Origin: Squalus acanthias
Taxonomy: Eukaryota
DNA length: 64,000 bases
Assembly (NCBI GenBank): GCA_030390025.1
Contig: CM059432.1
Span: 64,048,001 to 64,112,000 of the forward strand
Direction: 5' to 3'
Part shown: in pieces, positions 49,470-62,295 of the stretch
Layout of the letters: each line of letters begins with the position of its first letter
Position numbering within the stretch: the first letter of the stretch is position 1
Program-made: the position numbers and the translations under genes
The notes under the pieces: model-generated
Database searches by the model: none
The model's input: only the letters and a program-made list of their open reading frames with translations
Told to the model about the DNA's origin: nothing

Positions 49470-50315
49470 AAAGGAGATTTTACAGGTGGAATATCTGTGT
49501 TGATCAATGATCATATAACCTCACTACGCATCATAGTGGAACAATCAATTGAATGGAATTCCTCTCTACCTTACATTCGTAGACTTTAAAAAGGCATTTG
49601 ATAGTGTAGAATACTTCATGGATCTTGATAAGACACTATGAAATACTGGAGAAATTTATTACCATAACCCAAAAAACATACCAAAATCCATTATGCAAAA
49701 TAGTACACAATTCAATCCTCACAGAACCCTTCAAAGTGGAAACTGGAATACGATAGGGATGTTTGTTGTTGCTTTTCTTATTTCTCATAGTGATAGACTA
49801 GATAATATGAAGGACAACAGAATGCTTCAGCATGCAGTGAACACCAGTTATCCAGCCAGATGATTTGGACTTTGCCACTGACATTGTCCTTCTATCACGC
49901 AACCAACAACATCTGTAGAACAAGATCAATAGTTATGGATATAAACAACATAAATGTCCACAGACAATCTTGGACATTCGATTGCCAGAGACCATCAAAA
50001 ATTAGGAACTGCTGGAAAATAAAACTGGACAGGAATAGAGTTGCAAATAAGATGGTGAAAATGGGGTTGGATTGGAGCTACCCGTACAAAACCAAAAAAC
50101 CTGTATCGCGAGACGATCATTGAAATGGAATCCCCAAGAAAAATGAAGACCAGGCAGACAAAAGACTATTGGTGTTGAACTGTGGATGCCGAAGTAAAAT
50201 GATTGGGCGGCACATGGGGTCAATTGGAAGTGGTTTCCCAATGGTGAAAAATAATAGAAGCCCCATACTCCACAAGGAGTAATAGGGATGAATGATGGTG
50301 ATAATGATGATGATT
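49470..50315 (+). mobile_element. Decayed RTE-clade LINE
   Basis: DHITSLRIIVEQSIEWNSSL..FVDFKKAFDSV and TGIRxGCLL traces. (TGA)n tail. Confidence 0.75.
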
Positions 50316-50969
50316 AATCTGTTCAAAATGAGACCTTCTAAAGCATTTTTCCATTATAAAGTTCACCTCAGCTTTGAAACAGTGAGCTGATTACCATTAC
50401 CCAAAATTTGACACTTTGCAATTTTCTCTCAGAGTACTGGGACATCCAATTAGGCACCCATGTCATCTGCATCTCATTTACATCAACTTAATTTGAATAT
50501 AGACATCTGTTTTGAATATTTCACACAAAATATCAATTACACAGTTAAAGCCAAACTCAAAGAGAAACTTAAAATGTGGCAGAAATATTGCAGTAATACT
50601 TCATAGCAAAATATAATACCAGAGGAGAGAAAAATGAAAACCACAATCTAAACTCTGAGGTTGTTATATCACATTTTAATATCCTCCTGTTATTGTTGAC
50701 GATACACAAATTTCATTTTCAGTTGTTGAATTTTTTCATTTTTAAACTGAACTTGATTTGAAAATGGATTAGGCACAAAAATTATGAGAATTTTTTAAAG
50801 TTTTCTTTTTATTGGGATGGCATGGTATTTTCTTAATATCAAGAGTCGCACTGTTCTTGACAAAGCTGTACACAGCAGCCTACTAACATCCTAATGAAGG
50901 TTTCTTTCTCAAGATGGTCCATGGATCCTATTTTCAATGGTGTACAAGTACTATTGTATTATTAACAAC

Positions 50970-51215
50970 AAAGTTCTAGCCCAATGGTGGAAGGTGCTGC
51001 AAGACGTCCATAAATCCCCAAGCACCTATTGAACCAGACATGGCCCACTGCTTCCTGGGTCTTCTCCGTGTGATCCCCCTGGACATTAAATTGTGCAAGC
51101 CCATAGGTTTTCTCCTACGTGCAGCTCTCCTAATTGTAGTCCATCGATGCATCTTGCTGAGATGGCAGCAAGAGGAGCCCGCCACCCAGTCAATGTGGAT
51201 TGAAGTACGATGGAA
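50970..51215 (+). mobile_element. L1-clade ORF2 C-terminal remnant
   Basis: ..CFLG..AALLIVVHRCILLRWQQEEPATQSMWI resembles the fish-type L1 ILxxWKxxxPPTxxxW motif. Confidence 0.55.
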
Positions 51216-51779
51216 ACACAAAAAAGTATGTATTCAATTGATCTAAGCTAGGAGAATGTTTTTGAAATTTGATTAACATTCCTGTTTCACTGCCAGCAGC
51301 TGAGTGCCACATCAGCAGCAACCTTCACATAGGCTGCACACCAAGCACCTAGGTAACTGTCAAAGCTGTGGTGGCACAACCAAAACCCACCAGGCATTGA
51401 CACAGTGCACAAGAACAGTACTACATCCTAATATCACTGCTGCTAGCTGGAATAGATCGCCAAGCTCAGCCTCAGCCTCACCCAAGCTCTCTAATGTATC
51501 ATCTAGACTATACTTTATAAACTGCATGCTATGAGTGTAATGTAAGGCAAATTTGATTAATGCATGTTCCCAATGAGGAACCTTGCTTGTCAGGGGCACT
51601 TTACAGGAAATCATGGGCATGCATGTCATAATGGACAGAAAATGATTAGGAATGCACACATGATATCTTGATAGGCGCTCCTGGCAGGTGAGGCTCCATG
51701 CTGAGTGCATGCATTGTAAAACTGGCCCTATTTTTAAATGTTTTGTAAACAAAGAACAATTGCAATATAAAAAAGGGAC

Positions 51780-52605
51780 AATAGGCTGAATTTTAAACCC
51801 TAAGTGATCTAGATTAGATTGGATTGAATTGCAGAAAGTCTAAATTTGTCCAGATTTAGATTTTGCAGATTTGGGCTTACCTGATCACTTAAAATCAAAT
51901 AGTGATAGAGTTTCCGCTTTGGTCACAATGGGGAAATTGTGCCCAAAATGTAGTCAAAATTGCACTGGTTAGGTTACAGTTCAAGTTTCCGATAAAATAC
52001 ATTTGCATAATCACAAATGTAAAATCTTCAATGAACCAGCGCAATCGGGCAGCGTAACAGAATGTAATTGTTTCCTTTTATTCTTTCTATTAATTCGTGA
52101 TGTATTTAAGATTGGGAACCTGGTGCAGTTTTATTAATACAGCTGAAAATGGGTTTTTCACCAAAAATAAGCATTTTTAATAAGAGTGTCCAGTCCTCCA
52201 CCTGTGAGTAACCTAATTTAAAATCACTGAAAATTACTTTAATAAACTGTACTGAACCATTTACTAGTTTCTTTGAAAATTACGTATTTTTTGAAATGAA
52301 ATGCTTTTAAAATGTGCCTACTAGTGCCTGTGTGCCTAAGTAAATGAGCGCAATCTTGCTTTCTGACTAGTGTAATCGGCGGAATTTTGCAATTTCGACC
52401 TGGGGTGTGGCTGGTTTTGTGGGTGGGGCCTGATTCGGGCGAATTGAATCTTTAACCAGCATGAAACATCACGGAAAACATGAATGTAAATGGTTTTGGG
52501 CCTAACTCTCACGTTTAAAATTCCCCGATCTTTTGCGCTGGTTTGGCCGATGTTGCCCGGATTCCCCTGATATTACTAACATAAACGAGCAGAAACTCTA
52601 CCCCC
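51780..52605. mobile_element. Non-autonomous DNA-transposon-like repeat
   Basis: Ends AAACTCTACCCC. Internal blocks shared in reverse with 29790-30540. Left boundary uncertain. Confidence 0.5.
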
Positions 52606-53207
52606 TGATGTGTCCTTGAATGAAAGGGACCTAATGATTCAAGCTGAAGACACTTGGGCATTTTGCCAGGACACATCATGTAGTGCAGATTGATTTATAT
52701 TGAAAAGGGTAAAGGTTTCTGTTTCAGACAAATTGAGAAAAATCAGTTGAATTTGAAACTGTTGATATTTGATTGGAATGACAATTCCAAGCTTCTTCAG
52801 CAGATCAACTTTAAAAAAAAAAAGAAACAAAGAATGTAATAGTTCTGTCATTGAGGTAAAACATTTTTTGCAATCTTCTGTTGAACACACGATATTGTTA
52901 TTCTGCATTGTGAAAATTAGAGTCCGCTTTCATACTATTTCATGAATATCACTGTCACTAATAATCCCATAGCACTGCTGTCAGGAGTAACACACTTGAT
53001 GGGTTATTTTGGCCAAATGTGAAAACAGGCGCAAAATGGGTGCAGTACTAATAAATCACGCCTGTTTGAAAGTCTGGATTTAGCACACAGTTTTGGTCCT
53101 AATTGCTGATTACCATAATTTGGATTTGCCTGAAGATGCTAAACCAGAGACACCTGCAGGTTTAGCACGCAAGTGCAGATTAAACGCAATTTTCGTGGAG
53201 CAGCATA

Positions 53208-56200
53208 TAAGAACATAAGAAATAGGAGCAGGAGTAGGCCATACGGCCCCTCGAGCCTGCTCTGCCATTCAATAAGATCATGGCTAATCATCGGCCTCAA
53301 CTCCACTTTCCTGCCCAATCTCCATATCCCTTGATTCCGCTAGAGTCCAAAAATCTATCTATCTCAGCCTTGAATATACTCAAAGACTCAGCATTCACAG
53401 CCCTCTGGGCAGAGAATTCCAAAGATTCACAACCCTCTGAGTGAAGAAATTCCTCCTCATCTCAGTCTTAAATGGCCTACCCCTTATCCTGAGACTATGC
53501 CCCCTAGTTCTAGACACTCCAGCCAGGGGAAACAACCTTTCAGCATCTACCCTGTCAATCCCCTTCAGAATCTTGTATGTTTCAATGAGATCACCTCTCA
53601 TTCTTCCAAACTCCAGAGAGTATAGGCCCATTCTATACAATTATCATAGGGCTGCCCTCTCATCCCAGGAATCAATCTAGTGAACCTTCGTTGCACCGTC
53701 TCCAAGGCAAGTATATCCTTCCTTAGATAAGGAGAACAAAACTGTGCACAGTATTCCAGGTGTGGTCTCACCAAGGCCCTGTACAATTGTAGCAAGACTT
53801 CCTCACTCTCATACTCCAATCCCCTTGCAATAAAGGCCAACATGCCATTTGCCTTCCTTATTGCTTGCTGTACTTGCATTCTAGCTCTCTGTGTTTCTTG
53901 TACGAGGACACCCAAATCTCTCTGAACACCAGCATTTGAAAGTTTCTCACCATTTAAAAAATATTCTGTTTTTCTATTCTTCCTACCAAAGTGAATAACC
54001 TCACATTTCCCTACATTATACTCCATCTGCCACCTTACTGCCCACTCACTTACGTCTATCTATATCCCTTTGCAGACTCTTTGGGCTCAATTTTCACCGG
54101 CCCGTGGAGGCGGGTTTGGAGGCAGGAGTGGTGTGAAAATAGCAGATTCAGGGGTCCCGAAGCCATCTCGCCCCCAACCCACCTCCATGCCAGTTTCCCA
54201 GGAGGCAGGTACCCGACCTGGGCTGGGACCCGCTTCCCCGAGGCGGGAAGGGGATTAGTGCCAATAAACTGCCTGTTAACAGGTAGTTAACAGGCAGTTT
54301 TTTGCCTAATCCCTACTTTTGGCCCTGAAGTGTGGGCTTTCCAACAGGTCCAAACCACGCTGATTTAGCGAGGCAGACCGTCGGTCTGGAGGGCTTGGAG
54401 GGGTCGAGATGTCCGGTGTGCAGGTGAGTGATGGGTGCATGAGTGCAGAGGTAAGTGTGTTTGGTGTGTGTAAAGTGTTTTAAGAACTTTTACTTACCTT
54501 AACTTTGTCCTGCAGGCTAGCTTCCTTAAGGTGTTGGGAGTCCCTCACATCCACGGCACAGAAAGCAGAATGGCCGCGGAGCTGTCAAAAGCTGCAGTCT
54601 CTGCTTTCTGTGCTGGATTGATTTCTAACTGAGTCTAAGTAGAGGGACTCACGTTAGAAATCATATTGTCAGTGTTTGACAGCTTCACAGAGCTGTCAAA
54701 CGCTGAAATTTCATCTGTCAAAAGCTCTTGACAGATGAAATTTCAATGGCTAACGTCACCTGTATCCAAGGGACCCTTGATTGGCCTGCTAAGCCTGCTG
54801 GGCGGGCTTAACAAGGTCAATCAAGGGAAAATACAGTGGGTTGGCCACAAGTCGATGGAGGCGGGACTACAACCAAAAAAGTGGGAGTCCCGCCTCCATC
54901 ACGTCCCCATTGACAAAATCCAGCCCTTTGTGTTCTCCTCACAGCTTACTGTCCCACCTAGCTTTGTATCGTCAGCAAACTTGGATACATTACACTCGGT
55001 CCCTTCATCTAGGTCATTAATATAGATTGTAAATAGCTGAGGCCCCAACACTGATCCTTGTGGCACCCCACTAGTTATAGCCTGCCAACCTGAAAATGAT
55101 CTGTTTATCCCTACTCTTTGTTTTCTGTCCATTAACCAATCCTCTATCCATGCTACTATATTACCCCCAACCCCATGAGCCCTAATCTTGTGTAATAAAC
55201 TTTTATGTGGCACTTTATCGAATGCCTTTTGGAAATCCAAATATACTACATTCGCTGGCTCCCCTTTATCTACCCTGCTAGTTACATCCTCAAAAAACTC
55301 TAATAAATTTGTCAAACACGATTTCCCTTTTTTAAATCCATGTTGACTCTGCCTAATCATGCTATGATTTTCTAAGTGCCCTGATACCACTTCCTTAACA
55401 ATGGATTCCAGCATTTTCCCGATGACTGATGTCAGGCTAACTGGCCTGTAGTTCCCTGTTTTCTCTCTCCCTCTTTTCTTGAATAGTGGTGTTACATTTG
55501 TGACCTTCCAATCCGCTGGAACCGTTGCAGAATCTAGGGAATTTTGGAAGATCAAAACCAATGCATCCACTATCTCTTCAGCCACCTTTTTTCGAAACCT
55601 AGGATGTAGGCCATCAGGTTCAGGGGATTTGTCGGTTTTTAGTCCCATTAGTTTCTCTAGTACTTTTTCTCTACTTATATTAATTACTTTAAGTTCCTCA
55701 CCCTCATTAGACCCTTGGCTCCCCATCTTTTTTGGAATGCTTTTTGTGTCTTCTACTGTGAAGACAGATACAAAATATTTGTTTAACGTTTCTGCCATTT
55801 CCTTATTCCCCATAATAATTTCTCTTGCCTCAGCCTCTAAGGGAACACCGTTTACTTTTGCTACTCTCTTCTTTTTTACATACTTGTTGAAGCTTTTACA
55901 ATCTGCTTTTATATTTCTTGCTAGTTTTCTCTCATTTAATTTTTTCCCTTTTTATCAATTTTTTGGTCATCCTTTGCTGGTTTCTGAAATTCTCCCAATC
56001 CTCAGGCTTACTACTATTCTTCGCAACATTATAAGCTTCTTCTTTCAATCTAATGCTATCCTTCACTTCTTTAGTTAGCCACGGTTGGATCACTTTCCTC
56101 GTGGAGTTTTTGTTGCTCAATGGAATGCATTTTTGTTGAGAATTATGAAATATTTCTTTAAATGCTAGCCACTGCTTATCTACCACCATACTTTTTAATC

Positions 56201-56545
56201 TATTTTTCCAATCTACCTTAGCCAACTTGCCCCTCATACCTATGTAATTGTTTTTATTTAAGTTTAAGACTCTAGTTTTGGACTTAGGCAAGTCACTCTC
56301 AAACTTAATGTGAAATTCTATCATATTATGATCACTCTGCCCCAGAGGATCCTTTACTATGAGACTGCTAAATAACCCTGTCTTATTACACAATACAAGA
56401 TCTAAAATAGCCTGTTCCCTGGTTGGTTCCATGATGTATTGTTCTAGTAAACTGTCCCGAACGCATTCCATTAACTCGTCCTCCAGACTACCTTTGCCAA
56501 TTTGATTTGTCCAGTCTATATGAAGATTAAAATCCCCCACAATTA
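53208..56545 (-). mobile_element. CR1 LINE (part of APE + RT + tail), interrupted by a MITE
   Basis: [49 protein letters not shown] and KFADD motifs. (TTCTTATG)n tail. Confidence 0.95.
54083..54926. mobile_element. Full-length Harbinger-type MITE
   Basis: TIRs GGGCTCAATTTT / AAAATCCAGCCC with a 3-bp TSD TTT. Removing it restores the CR1 sequence GCAGACTCTTTGTG. Confidence 0.9.
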
Positions 56546-57237
56546 TTGCATTATCCAGAGGAGGAGGGATGTCTTGTACCCACAGGCGGGAAAGATGCCA
56601 CATTGCCCTCCTCACCCTCCTGTCAATCTTTCCTGCAGCAGCTGGTGCTGCTCTGTCTGGCCTCATGTCCTCCTCCCGTTCCTGGTCCAGACCAGGGGGG
56701 ACCCCTAGCAAGATACCTATGGCCAACCACTCTCTATCTCCTAGTGACTCCTATAATGTTTCCAATAAGGTAGAGTAGTACAGCACTTATTCTTTTTAGG
56801 TGAAGTCCTCAGAGAATTTGCGGAATGAATGGCCGCAATTTCGCCGACCGAGGCGGCCGGGGTCGGTAGCACAGTCCTAGCCCGCTGCCTGCTCCATCCC
56901 GCTCTGTTGAAGTGATTTTACATTGATGGGGTTTGTTAAGCCTGCCCAGTGTGGTTCTCGGCCAATTAAAAGGAAGTGGATCTGATGACATCATTTGGTG
57001 TCGTGTCATCAGTCGGTTTCCTTAAAGGGACCATGTCCAAATTTACTTTGACAGTTGTGCTGTCAATGTTCTACAACATTGAGGTGCTGCAAACACTGAC
57101 AAGCACTGCACAAAGGTGCATGGCTGCACCGAGGCTCACTCATGACTCCCTCCATATGCTTATGGAGGGAGTCACAGCACGCAGGGAGGTTCTCTTCCAT
57201 TCCAATGGGCGGAAGGGAAGAGAACCTCCCTGCGTCC

Positions 57238-59343
57238 CCTATTTAAGAAAGGAGGGAGACAGACAGCAGGAAACTATAGGCCAGTTAGCCTAACAGCTGT
57301 CATTGGGAAAATGCTGGAATCCATTATTAAGGAAGTAATAGCAGGACATTTAGAAAATCATAATACAACACAAAAAGTTAGCATGCAGGTACAGCAAGTA
57401 ATCAAAAAGGCAAATGGAATGTTGGCCTTTATTGCAAGGGGGTTGGAGTATAAAAGCAGGGAAGTCCTGCTACAACTGTACAGGGTATTGGTGAGACCAC
57501 ACCTTGAGTACTGCGTACAGTTTTGGTCTCCTTATTTAAGGAAGGATATACTTGCATTGGAGGCAGTTCAGAGACGATTCACTCGGTTAATTCCTGAGAT
57601 GAGTGGTTTGACTTATGAAGAAAGGTTGAGCATATTGGGCCTATACTCATTGGAATTTAGAAGAATGAGAGGTGATCTTATTGAAACATATAAGATACTG
57701 AGGGGGCTCAACAAGGTAGATGCAGAGAGGATGTTTCCCCTTGTGGAGAAATCTAGAACTCGGGGGCATAGTTTCAGAATAAAGGGTCGCCCTTTTAGAA
57801 CTGAGATGAGGAGGAATTTCTTCTCTCAGAGGGTCGCAAATCCATGGAATTCTCTGCCTCAGGGAGCCGTGGAGGCTGGGTCATTAAATACATTTAAGGT
57901 GGAGATAGACAAATTTTTGCAAGATAAGGGAGTGAAGGGTTATGGGGAGTGGGCAGGAAGTGGCTTTGAGCCTAAGATCAGCCATGATCTTATTGAATGG
58001 CAGAGTAGGCTCGAGGGGCCAAGTGGTCTATTCCTGCTCCTATTTCTTATGTTCTTATGTAATCAAGCAGAGTCAACATGGTTTTATGAAAGGGAAATCG
58101 TGTTTGACAAATTTACTAGAGTTCTTTGAGGATGCAATGAGCAGGGTGGATAAAGGGGAACCAGTAGATGTACTGTATTTGGATTTCAAGAAGGCATTCG
58201 ATAAGGTGCCGCATAAAAGGTTACTGCACAAGATAAGAGTTCACGGTTTTGTGGGTAATATATTAGATTGGATAGAGGATTGGCTAACTAACAGAAAGTC
58301 AAAATAAATGGGTCATTTTCAGGTTGGCAAACTGTAACTAACGGGGTGCCACAGGGATCAGTGCTGGGGCCTCAACTATTTACAATCTAGATTAATGACT
58401 TGGGATGAAGGGACCGAGTGTACTGTTGCCAAATTTGCTGACAATACAAAGATAGGTGGGAAAGCAAGTTGTGAGGGATAAACAAAGAGTCTGCAAAGGG
58501 ATATAGATAGGTTAAGTGAGTGGGCAAAAATTTGGCAGATGGAGTATAATGTGGGAAAATGTGAGGTTATCCACTTTAGTAGGAAGAATAAAAAAGCAAA
58601 ATATTATTTAAATGGAGAGAGACTACAGAATGCTGTGGTACAGAGGGATCTGGGTGTCCTCGTACATGAAACACAAAAGGTTAGCATGCAGGTACAGCAA
58701 GTAATTAGGAAGGTAAATAGAAAATTGGCTTTATTGCAAGGGGGATGGAGTATAAAAGTAGGGAAGTCTTGCTACAATTGTACAGGGTGTTGGTGAGACC
58801 ATACCTAGAGTACTGCGTACAGTTTTGGTCTCCTTATTTAAGGAAGTATATACTTGCATTGGAGGCAGTTCAGCAAAGGTTGATTTTTGAGTTGAAGGGG
58901 TTGTCTTATGTAGAAAGGTTGAGCAGGTTGGGCCTATACTCATTGGAGTTTAGAAGAATGAGAGGTGATCTTACTGAAACATATAAGATTCTGAGGGGTC
59001 TTGACAGGGTCGATGCAGAGAGGATGTTTCTAGAACTAGGGGGCACAGTTTCAGAATAAGGGGTCGCCCATTTAAAACGGAGTTGAGGAGGAATTTCTTC
59101 TCTCAGAGGGTCGTGAATCTTTGGAATTCTCTACCCCAGAGAGCTGTGGAGGCTGAGTCATTGAATATATTCAAGGCTGAGATCGACAGATTTTTGAGCT
59201 ACAAGAGAGTCAAGGGTTATGGGGAGCATGCAGGGAAGTGCAGTTGTGGCCAAGATCGGATCAGCCATGATCTTATTGAATGGTGGAGCAGGCTTGAGGG
59301 GCCAAATGGCCTACTCCTGCTCCTATTTCTTATGTTCTTATGT
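57238..59343 (+). mobile_element. CR1 LINE with a second CR1 3' fragment (about 57367-58060) nested inside it
   Basis: HLENHN | (insert ending in a TTCTTATGT tail) | IKQSQHGFMKGKSCL. Both copies belong to the TTCTTATG-tail subfamily. Confidence 0.92.
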
Positions 59344-59344
59344 T

Positions 59345-59666
59345 CAGATGAGATGTTAAACCGAGGCCTCATCTGCTTTTTCAGGTGGACGTAAAAGATC
59401 CCATGTCACTATTTTGAAGAAGAGCAGGGGAGTTATCCTTGGTATCCTGGCCAATATTTATCCCTCAAACAGCATTACAAAAACAGATTATCTGGTCATT
59501 ATCACATTGCTGTTTGTAGGAGCTTGCTGTGCACAAATTGGCTGCCGTGTTTCCCACATTACAACAGTGACTCCACTCCAAAAGTACTTCATTGGCTGTA
59601 AAGCGCTTTGAGACTTCTGGTGGTCGTGAAAGGCGCTATATAAATGCAAGTCTTTCTTTCTTTTTC
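59345..59666 (+). mobile_element. Deu-domain SINE (SacSINE1/AmnSINE1-related), 5' part missing
   Basis: GATGAGATGTTAAACCGAGGCC..AAAGATCCCATG..TCCTGGCCAA Deu block and an L2-like tail AAAGGCGCTATATAAATGCAAG. Confidence 0.8.
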
Positions 59667-61374
59667 TTATGGAAGAGACTTCCCCAGGACATCAACGCAG
59701 CCTGGTTACACATTGCACAGGAGGGCACAAGCAGGGATGTTGTCAGGATGACCTGGCTGCAGTGGCACAAATCTTTCAATGATCTCAGTAGATCACAAAA
59801 CTTTACTGGTAAGCCACACTCAACCTCATCCTGCTGTGCCACTCATCACATCCCCATCACTCTGCCTTCCCTACCCTACTCCTGCACATCCTTACTCACA
59901 CCAACTTACCTTGCACCTCCACCCATCCCTCTCTGTCTACATTATCACTTCCCCATCTCACTAGCCACCCCTTACACTCACCCTCATCCTAGTGCAAGTA
60001 TACCAACTAACACCACTTGGGGTGTTTTAGCCAATGTTCATGTGAAGTTTCTGTTTATGTTCTGTCAAACATTGAAATCTTTATTTTCAACACCTGGCCA
60101 CCTCTTTACCTCATTAGCGCCTAAATTTTTCAGCGAAATTTGCCCCCTTGGAATGATAATTGTTACTGACTCAATTACTGCCTTTTTGAAAACGTACTTT
60201 ATTTATTATATGGAATTAAAGATTATACAGAGGGAGTTTAGTGGTATAACTCAGTCTCTGCTAATATTCACAAACCTCACAAGTCGAGTTCTCGCAGTTT
60301 ATGGTATTATCAACTCAATAACAGCTTTGCAACTCCCTCTACGGTAATTATTCCACACAGTTGGAGGGAAACAATTGCAAACTGTAGACTGAGAACAAAT
60401 GATCTATTAAATGCAACACATTCTATTCTATTCTGCAGGCCATTCTGTATAAATGAAAATGGCAGCTATTCTATTCCTTTTGGATGTATTGGTGCAGTAT
60501 ATGCCAATAAATCTTAATTGTTCTTCTGGCTAAAATTAGTCAGCTAACCTTTATTATTCATTTTGAGGCTAAGAGTCAAGGTTAATGTTGTTGACAGTGT
60601 CCATTATGCTACAAGCCTGAAATATACCCACTTAGGGAATTTAGCATCCATTAGGGGAAGTATGCCTATATGATGGATGTCATGCCCTAAGCCAACCTGT
60701 AACCCTGACATCATGGACCATTGCTATTCATTACATGAAGTGAGTTATTTTAGGCTTGAGTCACAACATATACACGTATTGTGTGATTCAGTGTGATTCA
60801 GTATGCTACTTCCAGGTAAGTGAAAAATTGGCTCTTGCATCTTTAACGTGCCCTGAAGTGCTGAAAGAAGTTCCAAAAAACTGAAAGAGATTGATTTTAT
60901 CTACACACCTTGTGCACAATGAAGAAGCTGTTTTTAATTTCATAGAAGGGTCATCGCTATTCTAACAAGCCAAGAATATACGACTCAAAAACATCTGAAT
61001 CGGATTGGAAGTATGAAAACATTACTCCGTCTGGAAGACAGAGTCAGTTGTTTAAATTGAATTCTGTTAAATAGATATTGGACATAATTTTTTTTCACAA
61101 AATAAGCTCGATTTTGGGATAGTGCCCCAAAACTACTTAACTTTCTATAAATTGGTCACAGACTTGTGAGGCTGCATTGACTGCATATACTGTCCAATTC
61201 AGGATTCTGTATTCTTTTTGGCCAGAAAGGACTTCTTTTACAGTGACATAACTAACAGGTTAACAAACTAAACCATTTAAAAATAAAATGAAAAGGTTAA
61301 GCCATGTGATATGTTGCACTGAGGAGGATGCTACTTGTTAGGATGTCAGCTGCTACTAGAAGCAATCCTAAAAT

Positions 61375-61470
61375 ATAACAACAAATGAAAATGCTGGAAA
61401 CACTCAACAGGTCAGGCAGCATCTGTAGAGAGAACAGACAAGTTAACGTTCCAGGTGTGGACCTTTTTCA
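61375..61470 (-). mobile_element. Penelope terminal-repeat fragment with a degenerate hammerhead
   Basis: Similar to 24360-24460, but the GAAA and CTGATGA boxes are mutated. Confidence 0.7.
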
Positions 61471-62002
61471 AAAAAACAATATTTTAAAAAAGAACATTGG
61501 GATTGACAATGTTATTCTTTTGTGAAAAAGTATTGTGACAGTCATCAATCAACTCCATTGTCATCATCACTGATCCAGGTGGTCAGTGAGATGAACAAGC
61601 AGTCTTTCCTCACAGAACTTCAGTGAAGACAGGGAGCTATGACCGAGAGGAATGTTACATTTATCTTATAGAAATGCTGCCAATGACAGCCCTGACACTG
61701 ATGGCAGCACTACCAGGTAAACAAGGTGGGATCTACTATTCCGAGACGCTCTGGGCCCCACATAAAGTAATGGACCTGATTGGCACTCTCAGAGGAAGCA
61801 ACACTCCCAGGCAGGAATATAACCATTGTGCCAGAGCCAGACAACCCCCATTCCCATCTTTTCTATCAATCCAACCCACCTGTACAGGTCAGCAATGCAA
61901 TTTGCACTCCCTGGTTTTTATGTACCTTCCCCAGCCATCGAGGAATGTACAATAGCCAGAAGCAAATTTGCAAACTTTAATTTTAAAAACAGCTGCCCAC
62001 GC

Positions 62003-62175
62003 ACAGATTATCTGATCATTATCTCATTGCTGTTTTTGGAACCTTGCTGTGTGCAAATTGTCCGCCGCATTTCTTACATTACACAGTGGCTGCATTTCGA
62101 AAGTACTTAATTGGTTGTAAAGTGCTTTGTGAAGCCCTGTCGTGACAGGCGCAATATAAATGCAAGTCTTTTTTT
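62003..62175 (+). mobile_element. Deu-SINE 3' fragment
   Basis: Matches 59483-59660. Confidence 0.75.
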
Positions 62176-62295
62176 CTTCCTTAACCTTGTTTGTAAAGAG
62201 GTGCCAAAATACCAGTATGCTATAAAATTCCTGCGACTGAACTCCTTTAATGGCTTGGTGAGTAAATGTGCTCCATGGTTTGGTATTGAGACATG

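Larger units (their letters stand above)
56830..60147 (+). mobile_element. Non-autonomous Harbinger with a Myb exon-1 remnant split by CR1s and a SINE
   Basis: MAAPRLTHDSLHMLMEGVTARREVLF (about 57120-57215) continues as KRLPQDINAAWLHIAQE..WLQWHKSFNDLSRS (about 59670-59800). Termini GGCCGCAATTTCGC / GCGAAATTTGCCCC. Confidence 0.75.

Noticed and set aside
59592..60347. 251-aa ORF
   Set aside because: Chance read-through of SINE tail, Myb remnant, intron-like C/A-rich sequence and flank.
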